From the NCBI GenBank assembly GCA_951406725.2, contig OX597828.1, forward strand, positions 77,934,001 to 77,998,000: DNA of 64,000 nucleotides, written 5' to 3'. The notes under the pieces are model-generated. The model had not been told where the DNA came from. It worked only from the letters and a program-made list of their open reading frames with translations, and searched no databases. This document shows, one piece after another, positions 25,032-39,657 of the stretch. The DNA is from Octopus vulgaris (Eukaryota). A program made the translations under genes and the position numbers. Position 1 is the stretch's first letter; the number at the start of each line of letters is the position of its first letter.

Positions 25032-25647
25032 ATGTAAAAAAATACAAACTGGGACAAGAACGCAAAACATTTAGGAGACGATACAAAAAACACGGACGGG
25101 ACATTCGAAGCCTTCAATCTTCAGTCAAGAACTGGATCATCCTTGCAATTTCGGCTGATTAATCTTGAGATTGCTCCGATCTGGCCAGCCCCAAAGGAAA
25201 ATCTAAGCCAAGCGCATTAGATTCCTTGGAAGAAAGCCTCGAATGTCTCTGCCCTAAGACATTTTTCTAATATGCCAGCTCAAAGTTTACTCGTCCTCTC
25301 GAAAGACGCCTGTCTGAGACGTCCTGTTTTTGTTGTTATTATTATTATCAGTATTGTTTTTACGTATTATTTTTGTATTCATATTCGTGTAACATCGTCC
25401 GTTTTTCCGTCCTTGTTTTGTATACATTCGAGGCTTTCTTCCAAGGAATCTAATGCGCTTGGCTTAGATTTTCCTTTGGGGCTGGCCAGATCGGAGCAAT
25501 CTCAAGATTAATCAGCTGAAATTGCGAGGATGATCCGGTTCTCGACTGAAGATTGAAGGCTTCGAATGTCCCATCGTGTATTTTGTATCGTCTCCTAAAT
25601 GTTTTGTGTTCTTGTCCCAGTTTGTATTTTTTTACATATATATATAT
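25032..25647. repeat. Long inverted repeat (~215 bp arms, 177 bp spacer)
   Basis: 25032-25246 versus 25424-25640 in reverse complement with few mismatches; flanked by (TA)n. Confidence 0.9.
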
Positions 25648-26731
25648 GTATGTGTGTGTGTGTGTATATATACACATAGATATATATGTATGCATGTATA
25701 TGTATATACACACACACATACACATATATATTTATGTATGCATATATAACACCAAGGTGTGTTGCCTTCCATTAATAAATAAGTTAAAAACTGTACAATA
25801 AATGGACAAATGAAAAACAGACACAGAATGGCAAGTTAAAAAAACATGTATTAAATGCACAGATGAACGGAAAATAGACAGAGAAACGTCCCCAATTCCT
25901 CATCAGTTATTGACCAGTGGGCCTGGTGCAATTTCGTGCCAGAACCAGCAAGCCAAACGCTGACATTTGAAGTTTTAGGAGGACTTGGGTGTTAACTCCC
26001 CAACTAAGCTTACATTTTGCTTTGACCTTGGTTCTGCTATAGAATCTACTTCACTTGGTGAACGTGCAAAGAGAGACAAGCGTCTCCGCTTAGAGCTCAA
26101 TGAATTTCACAGGTCTACAAGTAACAAATGAGGGTTGATGAAATGAGTAGCAATTAAACACTATGATTGATGTAATCGACTAGTCCCCCCCCCATCCCTC
26201 AAAATTTCAGGCCTTGTACTGACAGCGGATAGGATTACATTTGTCGTTGCTGGTGTTGATGATGATGAGGATGGTGTTTTTGTTGTTATTCGGATTATTT
26301 CATTATCTCCGGTGCCTTGATGTTTGGAATCACTAAATATTGAACTTCCATTAGAGTTAACCTTTCTGTGAAATGCCAAACGAGAACCCTTTTGGTTTCA
26401 TGTCCAAACAAGATGGCTTTACAATGTGTGTGTGTGTGTGTATCTATCTATACAGGCATGCACGTGTGCACATACATGTGTGTATATGTATATGTGTAGG
26501 CGTGTAGTAATAAGCGTATTTTTATGTATGTATGTATATTTCACTTTTTATTCATTTTAGTCATTGGACTGTGGCCATGCTGGGGCACCACACTGCATGG
26601 TATAGTTGGATGGACTGACCCCAGTACTATTTTGTTTTCAACCTGGGACCTATTATATCAGTCTCTTATATCTAACCACGAAGTTATGAGGATGAAAATA
26701 AAACCAACATCAGTTGTACAGCAGTGGCGGG

Positions 26732-26776
<45 letters not shown>

Positions 26777-27306
26777 TACATTTATGTATGTAAGTATGTT
26801 TCTATTCAGTTTTATTTTAAGATTTCTTGCCAATAGAGAGAGTTTCAGTTTTTAACCAAGATGCAAGGCTCCTCCATTGGAATTTCAACATTAACATGGT
26901 CGCCAGCCATGACCAGAAGCAACACTTCCCTTTCTCCTTCACTCACCATACAAAGAGAAGCTTTCGGCCAAAATCAAGAAAGGGCAATGCCACCTTTACC
27001 CCTTCTTCCTCTCTTGTCAGCACCGCGCAATCTCTACCCTTTCTTTCTCTTCCTGCAGACCATAACTTCTTCACTTTCAACTACCAATCGCAGGTGAACC
27101 TTTTGTCGCTCTCCCAACAATTACTACTCACTTACTAATTACTTGCTGGGAAAATAAAAAGCTGTAAACAATATTCCTTCCTTTTTTTTCGGTGTTATTC
27201 TTCGATGTTCTTTGTTGGTATTTCTCTAGCGCGAGAATCTCAAGCATTACGTCTACATCATATCCACATGATTCTACATGTTTCTTTAGCTGCTACATTA
27301 TGTATG

Positions 27307-27337
<31 letters not shown>

Positions 27338-27358
27338 GTGTGTGTGTGTATGTATGTA

Positions 27359-27390
<32 letters not shown>

Positions 27391-28364
27391 CATACGTACG
27401 TACGTATGTATGGGCATACATATTATTAAAGGCATGAAACTGTGTTTTAGTTTTTCGGTCAATGACTGATGAAGAATTAGGGTCCTTCTGAGTCTGTCCT
27501 ATGTGTACGTTTTTTAGTATTTGGGGCATTTTTCATTTATGTATGTATGTATGTATTTGTGTATATGAGCAGATTGGTGTGTTTTATTTTATGTGTGTCT
27601 TTTCATGTATATACTTGCATATCTAGTCATGTATGTATGTACGTATATACGACAGACTTCTTTCAGTGTCCATCTGCCAAATCCACTCACTTTGACTGGC
27701 CCTGGGCTATAGCAGAAGATACTCGCCCCAAGCGCCACGTCGTGGGTCTGAAGCCGGAACCATATTCTTGAGAAACCAAACTTCTTTACATCGTCGTCGT
27801 CGTCATCACATTGTACAGCAAATTGGAATTGATGGTCGGTCTGAGCTTATATACTGCACAAACATTTGATCATTATAAACAAATCACATTTTGCAAGTGG
27901 TTCAATAATAAATTGCGGAGGCCTCGCCTGTCTTCTACGACAGGAGATACTGCGACATGTATTCGGTACCCTTCCAATGCGTATACCCGCATTAGTGCAT
28001 ATCGTACATTTTCTCAAACATAATACCCATTAACTATTGTGAATCTGTATTAAAGTGGTGTATTCACATTTTATAATGTATGTGAACATAAACATTTGAA
28101 TATTGACGTCGCCAGCGATTTTGGAAGGCAAACAATATAAGGGAAATAACCCTGATTGCAAACCCTAAATGATTACTTCCCTTCACCTATTTTATTACGC
28201 CATTTATTTCCTTATGAAAACGTGACTGATATCGTATACAGGTTTAAAATATATATGCGCGCGCGCGTGCAGGGGTTCCGTGCACAATTTCAAGTGATCC
28301 TTGCCGAGTTATAGGTTCATAGGGTAGCTTTCCAGGATTCTGTAGCTTATAACTACACGTGTGA

Positions 28365-28710
28365 AGGTGCATGGCTCAGTGGTTAGAGCGTCAAGCTCGC
28401 AATAATAAGGCAAGGAATTCGTTTCCCAGACTGGGATGCGTGTTGTGTTGTTGAGAAACACATTTTATTTCACGTTGTTGTGCTCCAGTCCGCTCAGCTG
28501 TAGAAATGAATAGCAACCTCGCTGGTGCCAAGTTATATCGGCCCCTTTTGCCTTTCCCTTGGATAACATCGGTGGTGTGGAGAGGAGAGGCTGGTATGGC
28601 ATGGGCGACTGCTGGTCTGCCATAAACAGCCTTGCCCAGACTTGTGCCTTGGAGGGTAACTTTCTAGGTGCAGTCTCGTGGTCATTCATGACCGAAAGGA
28701 GTCTTTACCC
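28365..28710 (+). mobile_element. tRNA-derived SINE (type 2)
   Basis: A box TGGCTCAGTGGTTAG then GTGTTGTG..TTGAG..A.CAC.TT.ATTTCAC body. Related copies at ~7800-8015 (minus), 28890-29200 and 31876-32170. Confidence 0.7.
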
Positions 28711-31227
28711 TATAATTTCAATCTGGACAAAACGCCGGACATTCGCAGGAACACATTTACCTAGCCCCACCCCATATATAACCCTAACCCTCTAACCCTT
28801 CCTAACGATTCTTTTTCTCTTTTATATTCCCCTTCATGTATGATGAGAGTATTCCCTGACACATCGTTACCACCAACGGGTGAATGTTCATGGCATAGTG
28901 ACTAGAGGTATCCAGCTCATGATCGTAAGGTCATAAGTTCGAGTCTCAACGGAGCGTTATATTCTTTGCCAAGATACCTTATTTCATGTTGCCAGGGTTG
29001 TCGGTACCTTGAGCCGGCCCAACATATTGGTGCAGTCCACTCAAATGGTAAAAAACCAGCTGTGTTTCAAAGCGCTGTCATTCTTTATCACGCCGAATCC
29101 CTCTGAGAACTTCGTCAAGAGTACGTGTGTCTGTGAGATGCTCGGCCACTTGCATGTTAATTTCACGAACAGATTGTTTCGTTAATCGGCTCACCTGGAA
29201 CCCTTGTCGTTGCTACCTCCAAATTTTTTCTCTTTGAAGCTGGGGTGGCCATTTATCTCATTCAAAGTAAGACACCTGTTCCTGTTTCTTTGTCATCCTT
29301 TTAGCTTCTCAACATCTACCACGAAGCCATCTCCATCAATACTACAACCTACTCAGTCGGATGGCGGCTCTTGTCCTGAAAGTTATTTACTGACTTCACT
29401 TGTACTAGTGACACCAATAAAAAAGATTTTTTAAAAAACACCTAGCACACTCTGTAAATTATAATTCTTCGAATTAATTTTTCGGTGTGTGTGTTTCCAT
29501 ATCATGTATAAAACGCTAAAATAGTATTTTTATTGGAATGTAACATGTAAGTATATGATCCAAATATAATACAAAACCACATTAAAAATATAAATCCAAA
29601 ACTGGGAGAAAATGGAAAGAGAGAGACAAGGAAAAAAGTAAATAAGAAAAGGAAAAAAAGGGAGAAATACACATCAATTCAACCGTAAGTGCCTCAGTTG
29701 GTCGCATTGTCATTAGGAGAGACATCTATCTGTGGAAAGCAGATATTGGAGCTCAAATCAACCGACCGTCTTGGTGGTTTCTGTACAACTGTTCACTTCA
29801 TGCCAACATGGAAGACAGATGTTAAACACACACGTACTCCATTCGTTTATTTCTGTTCGCGTAGAACAGTGGTTCCGAAAGTGGGCAGTATTGCCCCCCA
29901 CCCTGGGGGTAGTGGAAAGTTCCGAGGGGGCATTGAAGAAAAGCTGGACGGTAATGTGGTAGCGATTCATGTAAAAACAACAAAAATAATGGGTTCATTC
30001 GGTTAAGTTTTATTGCCTTCACAGTGTTTACCGTTTTACAAAAGCAAATTGGAAAATTGGACAAAACAAAGAACACAACTGAAAAATTAAAAGAAGGAAA
30101 AAAAAACAAAGCAATTCACCACCTCGGGTTGAAAAGTTTGGGGCGCTGAAAAACCTCTCTAATGGCTATTGAGACACTCTTGCAGCGCATGCCGCGTGTG
30201 ATGGTGATGCGCTGGAACAGTCAAGCGCCCTCACCAGCCTCACCTGTTACCTCTGCTGGGCGAATCGCTTTGAATTTGCTTCAGAAAGAGGTTTATGTTT
30301 GTGATGGTTAGTTGGGGTAGGAGGGATAGGAATGTGACCTGGGTGTCAAGGGTGCTGCAGCCCCAAAGAGTTTGGCAACCACTGGTGTAGAACATGATTA
30401 ATTGTATAAGTTTTGTTATTTGGGAATGCGCGTATGACGTCATCGTTAGTGTTCAAGAAAGATAACTCTTTCAAAGTTATCTGCAACTCTTAAAGAAGTA
30501 GACAAACAAAAATTGTCGACAATTTGATTTCTCTGAAGTACGATTTATTTCCATAACACAGAGGTTATGAATGTGATCAAATATATTTAATGAATCTGCT
30601 GTTAACGTTACAGAAACCATACAGATTGTCCGTATTTTGTTACAGTCCGATTTGAAACGGGAAATCTTATCACAAGTTTTTACTAAAAGAAATGACCTCA
30701 ACATAATATGCTATTAAACTCATCTAAAAGAAACACCTTTGCCCAACATATAAACACTCGAGACTGTGTAATAAGGCAGTCATCAACGCTCAGTTTTTGA
30801 ATGGCGGCTGAACTAGTACTTATTCTATCGGTGTCTTTTGCCAAACCGCTAAGTTACGTGGACGTAAACACACCACACACATATATACGACAGGCTTCCA
30901 TATATATATATATATACACGACGGGTTTCTGTCTCCCAAATCCACTCACAAGGCTTTGGTCGGCCCGAGGCTATAGTAGAAGAATAAATTTTTCTGGGGG
31001 AAAGTAGGTCGGGTAATCCTGTTTTAAAATAACATTTGAAAAAAAACACAGAAAAAGCCAATACATCGCAACATCATGCAAACTGCTCTATCAGTTGGAT
31101 ACGTTACATGAGTGGTTTCCAAACTTTTTCGGGCTGCAGCCCCCTTGGCACACAGGCCACATTCCTGGTGCCTCCAAACTAGAACTATTTCAATCAAGAA
31201 AAAGGTCAGGTGAAAAAAAAAAGAGAG

Positions 31228-31565
31228 AGGTGCAGGAGTAGCTGTGTGATAAGAAGCTTGCTTACCAACCACATGGTTCCGGGTTCAGTCCCACTGCGTG
31301 ATTTCTTAGGCAAGTGTCTTCTACTACAGCCTCGAGCAGACCAAAGCCTTGTGAGTGGATTTGGGAGACGGAAACCCGTCGTGTATATATATATATATAT
31401 ATATATATATGGAAGCCTGTCGTATATATGTGTGTGGTGTGTTTACGTCCACGTAACTTAGCGGTTTGGCAAAAGACACCGATAGAATAAGTACTAGGCT
31501 TACAAAGAATGAGTCCTGGGGTCGATTTGTTCGACTAAAGGCGGTGCTCCAGTGTGGCCGCAGTA
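31228..31565 (+). mobile_element. Type 1 SINE, nearly complete, CpG-rich copy
   Basis: Head ...GGTTCCGGGTTCAGTCCC, central (TA)n, tail GGGGTCGATTTGTTCGACTAAAGGCGGTGCTCCAG. Confidence 0.8.
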
Positions 31566-33942
31566 AAACATATATATAGGGGGAGAATATTCTCCTATAA
31601 ATAGAAAACTATTTATCAGAAATTGTTTTAGCAAATCGCAATTTTTTTGATACTTGAGCACACAGATATGAAGAGAAACAGAAACGAGAAGAATTAACAA
31701 CAGCGGTGACACAAAAAGAAACAATAGCGAGACTACATTCGAAATCTTTCACGTGTGAAATCATTCATGCTGAGCATAATTAGTCAAGTGTGAAAAAATG
31801 TATTGGGAAGAATCCGAGATAGACAAATGACCTTTAATTCTCCGTTATGTCAGCCAGATTTGTCAACAAGTAGTGAAGGTATGTGGCTTTGTGGTCGGGG
31901 TATTCGACTCACAATCGTATAGTTACGAGTTCGATTCTCGGCGACGCGTTGTGTCCTTGAGCAAAACACTTCACTTCACATTGTTCTAGTCCAGTTTGCA
32001 GGCAAAAATGAGTTGTACATGCATTTCAAAAGGCCAGCCTTGTCACATTCTGTATCACGCTGAATCTCCCCGAGAACTACGTTAAGGGTACGAGTGTCTA
32101 TAGAGTGCTTAGCCATTGGCACATTAATTTCACGAGCAGGCTGTTCCATTGATCGGATCAACTGGTTAAACATTATCGGACTGAGAGAAATTACAGTTTT
32201 AAAATGGTCTTTAAAAGCCTACCAAGTCTGGAGGAGCAATTTATTTCCAAGGACCCACCAACCATAAATAAGATCTTCCAGTTCATGGAAGCTACAAAAT
32301 GATAGAACGGAAACTGTTACCCGTTCTTTTGCAGCGGTTCTGAAAGTTGTTCAGCTGGTCCGGCTGAGTTGATAAATGAAACTATATTTCTTGGGCTGCG
32401 TGTAGAAGTAAATGAACAACACCTGCGAGCATTTAATAGAATATTTTATTATCACACATGAAGACAAACTACGTTTTACATATAGCAAAAGTAATAATTA
32501 TATATTAGAAGAGAGATACTGCTTGGAGTTTATGGGAAGATATTGATGCGATAACCTACAGCTTGCCCAACATAACTGGAAACAATTGTGCTATGTTCGT
32601 GGCGACGGAGGTTTCTGTCATCTATCAGCGCCCTCTGTCTTAGCCACCTTCCCGGGTCGTCTGGTTGGGAAAATGCACGCCGAATGGGTTTTAGCGGGAA
32701 CCAGACGTGAAATTCTAGAATGTTCGAGAAAATCTGTCCATACATTGCTTCACGCTGACTAACCGGTTAATAGACCGATTATGTGAAACTATAGTAGTTT
32801 GCCGTGATGTCTGACCATATATCCAAGGATTCGGCTTCGAATCTGCGTCTCTTTCTCCTTTTATCTTGTTTCATTTCTGCTTACTCTTTTATACAAAAGT
32901 AATACATTTTGTGAGTTTGTCATGGCATGCCAGTTTACACGGATGTTTAAATTAAATGAATAAATCAATAGCTCTCTGATCATAAAAAAGTGTATTGGAA
33001 TCACAGAATCGGTAGAACATCAGACGCACTGTCATTCAGCACTTAGTTGCGATTCTTTATGTTCTGAGTTCAAATCAGCTTAAGAAAGTTTTGCTTTTCA
33101 TTCTGCCGAACTACGAACTCTAAAATACTGAAGGAAGTTCAGGAGAAACAAAAGATAATTATGAAACGCGATATTATTTCAAAAATAAATTCCTGTTACT
33201 CAGTATTAATATAATTAATAATATGCAATGTTTTGGAGATGAAATATCAAAACTGAAACTGTTCTGCAATGTCCATAAATTTTTTATATTAGAAAATTTT
33301 TAAAAACTGAATTGCTTATATTTATGTTTTTTTTTTTGTGTGTATATATGTGTGTATGTATGTATATTTATGTATTTGTGGTTATGTGCATGGATATATA
33401 TTTGTGTATGTAAACGCAATCAATTCAGCAGGAAAAAAACAACGTTAAAGAAATAAAAATTTTCACGGAAATTACCGAACAAATACGGTCAGTTTTGATA
33501 CACCATCTCCAAAACATCACCTAACGATATTATTCTTAAAACTAAATTTTAAAAATGCATAAGGACGATTGTTTTTGATTCTCTATATTTTATTTACTTT
33601 TTCTTGATTTCCTTTCTTTTGGTTAGGCCCGAAGGAAGGACCTATGGCCAGTGATTTTCCTAACGTCAACCCGGCACGGTTAACGTTCCTCTTGAGCTGG
33701 CGGCTGCGAGAAAAACATTAACAAGGACGAACTTCCGGTGAGAATAACGTTCTGGGATGGAAAAAATTGCCCATTGTGTTTTGTACGACCCCCACTGAGG
33801 AGAAAGGTCTCTCCTGAACAAATTTATATGCTTCAAAAAGAGAAAAAAAACTCCACTTCCGAGCACTTGTGTTCATACGAGTAATTCATCGTTGGTCAGA
33901 TTCAATGGCGTAAATAGCGATTTCAAGGCCGCCTAAGTAATA

Positions 33943-34440
33943 TAGTACCGGACCAGTTATCCAGCAAGCTTGCAACCGGAAGTGGCTCGAATTTCTGGAC
34001 TATCCGGTTTTCTGGAAACAGTTTTAAATATATACTTAAAATATGAATAAACTATGAAAAGTAAAGTGCAAAATTGTATTTAATAGATTCAAATTAATAC
34101 ACTTCTAAAGCAGAGTCAGATATTTATTCATCCACTTAAAATTCTTAAAATATATCTTGCTGTACCATATATACAGTATAATGTCTATAGCATGAAAATT
34201 GAACAAAGGACACGGCTTAATACAACAGATACTTGTACAAATTAATACACATCTAAAGCAGGGTATGCTAAATCTTTATCAATCCACTTAAAAGATAAAC
34301 AAAACTATTTTCAACATATCGTATGCAAATTAACCAACTTCAAAAACGGGATCTGTTTCTTCGGTACAGAGTGCAGGATATTGCGTGATATTACACATTA
34401 TTCTTGGGTTTCTAGAAGCCAGCTAAAAGGTCCGGTACTG
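33943..34440. mobile_element. pogo/Tigger-like MITE
   Basis: TIRs (T/C)AGTACCGGACC at both ends, TA at the left flank; internal ~55 bp direct repeat (~34090, ~34238). Confidence 0.55.
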
Positions 34441-35422
34441 AATATGTAAAATTATTATAGGTATCGCAAAGAATCACAAACCTCACCGAATACAGAAAGC
34501 TGTTTTAATTGATACGTGTAATAATCCACTGTTACACCCATAACTCTATCTGCGGATAAGTTTGATAAGTTTTGATATTTGGTTTAGCTAGTTAGGCTGC
34601 GTGGTTTGGGGCCCATATTAAAACCTTGTCCATTTAATGTTTTCAATGAACCTATTTTTTTTTTACATATAAATATAGAGATTTTTTGCCAACAAGTAAA
34701 CTGTATGCCAGAGGTGTCTAGATAAGCATTTATCACTAGATATATGACTGTACGCTAGCTACAAAAGATAGCTATATCTTCTTGATGTGAGGGGTGGGAA
34801 AGTCCTGTGTCAATTGTAGATAAACGAGTCCTTTTAACCATGGGTCGTGCAGCGACCAAGAAATCTGTCTTCTCACGGACCTCTGTTGTCTCTACCTCTC
34901 GCACCGTACATCTCAATTTATAGCCATGTTATGGCGGGAAACACAAGGAAAGTTCCATCGACCATATGCCTGCAACTGAAATACAATTGGTCGGAATTCA
35001 GGTTAAGTGACCTGATATACTATAGCTTATTTCTTATTACTCAGCTGATACAGTTTCAAATCTACGCTCTGCTACATTGTAATTGGATGTACTTTTAATA
35101 GTGACAATCCTCCGATAGATAAAACGACCGACACCTTCTCTGGTTGCCTCTGATGAACTGCTCTTGCTCATCAGTAAAAGAATATAAACCGGTAGACTTT
35201 AAACTTAGACTTGATTAAAAAAAAAAAGAAAACAAAACAAAGCTAAGTTCCTAGGCTCCTTACCTAATTGCAGTGGAATAACGTGGGGTTTGGCCGCCCT
35301 CTACAGTTTGCACACCTCACATTATGTTGCTGCTAATTTGACCACTTCCAACATGTTTTAAACTTTATCTTAGATCAGTGCCCAATAATCTTGTGTGATG
35401 ACGATTAGAATATTGTGGTTCT

Positions 35423-35702
35423 TGTAGTGCGATGGAGGAAAAGGACAACAGAAAAAGAAGCAAATGGGAGAAAGAAATACAAAAGGCCTTACCTGTTGAC
35501 CTCGGCAGAATCAGCGGTCACTCTCACGAATTAAACAGGTCTTGTCTCGCTGCCGTTTCTGCTCGAACTGACCACACGTACTTCCTGCCCACGCATACCC
35601 TGTGCTTGTGTCACAGGCTTCTGCAGTCCCTACTTTCGTCCACCTCATCTGCAATCCCCTCCACCAACACCACATAGCTCCATCACAGCCCATAACACCA
35701 CA
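35423..35702 (-). mobile_element. Solo LTR (280 bp) with 5-bp TSD
   Basis: TGTAGT...ACCACA termini; identical GTTCT at 35418-35422 and 35703-35707. Orientation inferred from the 15643-16038 LTR. Confidence 0.8.
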
Positions 35703-38700
35703 GTTCTAAAGAATAGAATGCCATGACATTTGTTCATTTTTCGGAAATCTACCATCTTCAACTTCCCAATAAGTTATAGCTCGAAATCTTTCTGAAGAAT
35801 ATGTTGCATAACTACAGAGTACTTTATCTACCTTATTGATAAAACGAGTTCTTTTTTTAACCTGATATCAATTTAAATCACATTCGTAGCCTTGTGAGAA
35901 GGCACTAGTTGAAGGGTGATTGAGTGGCGGAATCAGGAAATGGCGGCCAAAATGACTTGGCACATGAAATTCTGAGTTCAAATTCCACTGGATTAATAAT
36001 ACATTTCATCCATCAACGGTTATTAAGATAAAAACTAATAAACTGTTGAGTCGATGAAAGCGACTGTAGCTGTCCTCTGAAATTTATGACTCTGTAAGAG
36101 TAGTGTAAGAAACAGCTGTAGGATTAAAAAAAACGTGAATGTAGGGACAGAACAGGAGGAGGAATCTTTAAAATAATCAGAATAATACTTTCTACTATAA
36201 ACATAAGGCCTGAAATATGCAAAAGAGGGAGCCAGTCGATTTCAGCGCTTATCGATCTTAGAAAGATGAAAGGTAAAGTCGGCCTCGGTGGAAGTTGAAC
36301 TCAGCACGTAAAGCCGGAAGAAACAGCGCTGAATATTTTCTCTGGCAGCGAACGATTCTGCCGGATCATCGTCTTAATAAAAATCATTTCTACTATTGGC
36401 ACAAGGCCAGCAATTTGCTGGGGAAGGAGTTAGTCATGTACACCGACTCCAGTGTTCGACTGGTACTTATTTTATCGATTCCGTAAGGAGGAAAGGCAAG
36501 GTCAACCTCGGTGGAATTTGATCTCAAAACGTAAAAACGGACGAAGTGCCGTCAGCATACTAACCAAGGATGAATTAAGATCCCTAGATACTTTTTTGGT
36601 GTCCCCTGTACATGTAATTCAAAATATAAGCAATAATAAATCTTAAAATAAATTATTTTTTCAGAATGAAGCAAAACTGACCGTAAAATGGAAAACAGTG
36701 TTCAATTTTGTATACTTTCACTTATTTATATTTTAAGTTTTCTCTTGCATTTTTTTAAAAGTAAAGTCTTTGACCAGATCTTCAATATGGCACCATGAAC
36801 ACTTTGAAATTATATTTTCTATCATATAAACCATTTCGAATATTACTTTAGCAAATTTTAAAGTGATTTCTCTTGGGCCGTAAACCATTTACAATTACCA
36901 GGATGCTCCCCCACGTCCCTTGAAGCTGTAAGCACAAACTTATTTTGCTTAATCCAGCGCCGATATTAAAGATGCTGCCATTTCACCTGGCTACCAGGTA
37001 ACATACTGCCCAGATAGGTTCACCAATTCATCTACGAGCTGTATACAATCTTCTATCATACCCGGAAAGCGTAAAAATGAGTTAGTAGGCGCTTAAACAG
37101 GATGTCAAACGGAAATTGTAAAAAAAAAAATCCTTTAGTCCTCTCACATTTTTTTCCAATCAATAGTTGATCGTCCAATGATCGAACAGTGAATATATGT
37201 ATCTGTCTCTTATCTTTTACTTGTTCCAGTATTTGGTCTGTGGTCATACTGGAGCACCGGACAAATCGATCCTAGTATCTCCTTGTTTTTTTTTTAAAGT
37301 CTAGTCTTTATTTTATCAATCTCTTATGTCGAACTGCTAGGTAATAAGGGTCGTAAATAAACCAGCACCGATTGCCAAGTGTTCAGTGTGTGTGTGTTTG
37401 TGGACGAATACAAATACACACAGATATATGACGGGCTTCCTCACGGTTTCCGCCTACCGTATCCACTCATTTTGATCGGCCCGGGACAGAAAACAAGGTA
37501 CCTAGCAGTGGGACTGAACGCGAGCGGGTTTCTTATTACAAAACAACGCCGTTTCTTTCATTTTACCTTATTTCACTTGGAACTTTTCCAACCAACGCGT
37601 TGTTTCATTTGATTTAAACGTAAACATTTTCCATATTTTTTAACAGTACCCTAATAACAAAAATCCCAACAAAAACAACTGTTTGTTTATGTAAAATGCC
37701 TTTTCGTATATTTTGAAGTTTTTCTATGTTAAATTTAAAGAATACAAAACAATCTTATGTAATAAATATAATTTACGTTCAAATTAACTTAAATAGAAAA
37801 AGCAATTTTTTTTTCATTTATGAGAAACAAACCCAAACAATATTTTGGGTGCGTAAATTGTCTTTTATTCAACTTTGTTGTTTAGTCCCATCCACCACAA
37901 ATTGAGCTGGAATCAGTCCTGTAATCAAAGACATTCCATCGCCGTGACGATCCCGTTTATTATTATCATTATTATTATTATCATTATTTATCTAGAACTC
38001 CATTATCTAGTGCATCCTTACCTTTTTTTAAAGACGGAGGGCTGTAATTTGAAGAGATTTGGCTACTATTTCAAGCAGGTCGAATGACCATGTAGAGGCT
38101 CCCTTTGTTACATTTACATTGTGTCTAGGCAACAGAAATGATTATCTCAATTTTGAAAGTATAGCATATTATTGTAATTATTATTATTTCGCTTCACGTC
38201 AATAACGAACAAGTAGATCAATAATCAAAGGTATTCCGGCCACGACAGCCCAGTCTTTCGCAGAAACAGACTTTCTACAGTCTACGTTATTGTGTAAATG
38301 TAGGATGCGATTTGAGGGAAACTTAGCTGCTATTTCTAGCAGGTGAAGTGAACCGGTAGAAACTCCTAATAACAGGTGAGCGTCGGAGTAGAATTCCAAC
38401 GAGCGAGTTTCGATTCCCGGTCTTCCGATTGTTTCGCTTTACCTAAATCGCTGATGTCCTTGAGAAGCTATCAATGTCATAACACTCGATTCTTTTTAAC
38501 CTGAAAACAGTCACAGAGATGCATTTATTTATTTGGTTTTGTAATGGAAAGTTAAGGACTGCACATATTGTACAATATGGGACACGAATCTTTACATGCC
38601 ATTCTTTATAACATGTTTGGATAATAAGTCGGCGGAAAGCGCGGTGTTGTGACCTTCAAGACATTCCCAGGGAACATTATCGATGTAAGAACTGTGTCTG

Positions 38701-39597
38701 GAAACCAGCTGACGGACTCAACTGACCGGAGGCTTTCTCTCCAAAAACAATAACGCACATTGCTTCGTAATTAATTGCTTGTTTTAAAAACTACACTGGC
38801 GGTCGTCGTATTGGTTTTCCATACATGTTTAATATATATGCAATCGAAAATAAATACAAACGAAATCAATTAGGTCCAATAAGTACAGCACAATTGCCAG
38901 GAAGTTTCATAACTTAGATGACCTTCTTTTGTTACCAGGCAAATCTCACTAATTATATAACAATTCTCCAGTTCCAACGAGAATCTCAATAATACGGTAT
39001 GGGAAATTAATCGCTGAATTACGAATCCGCTTGGCAAAAAAAAAAAAGACATCTTTTTGAACATTGGTATTTAATTTAAAAAAAAAAAAAGAAAGAAGAT
39101 TTAAAATAAATATTTTAGAAGGTGAAACGATTTAACTGTAGGAAAGAATAACTGGATAAAGATTACTCAATTTCTTTGCAAAAGCTTGAAAATAAAAGGG
39201 AGAAAACAACACATGAAAAACGAAATTAAATTTTTTTATCTTATTTCGCTTTTAACCCGTTCCTAGTTTTGCATGTATCACATTTCTACCTGACATTTAA
39301 CAGCCGGCAGAAAGGACATTCCCATTGTGGAACAGTGACGGGAAAGGTTAAAATAAAATTATAAATGAAAATATCGATGGCAATTGGAAAATAATTGATA
39401 GATTTTAATTTTCGTATTTCTTGTCCATTTTTTTTAAGGGAACGTAAAAGGGACAGCTCTGTTACACCTTGGTATCTTACAAGGTGTGAGTTTAGTGCAA
39501 CCAAAGATTAGATGTTACCTCTTACTGTCTCTTTTATACGTAAACCCGTTTCCCCCCCCACCCAATTTTCTTTATCTTTATCCCTTTCACTGTTGTC

Positions 39598-39657
<60 letters not shown>

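Noticed and set aside
25543-25572. CTGAAGA..GAAG/CTTC..GAATGTC in both arms of the 25 kb inverted repeat
   Set aside because: Hammerhead-reminiscent, but stems I and III cannot be formed convincingly.
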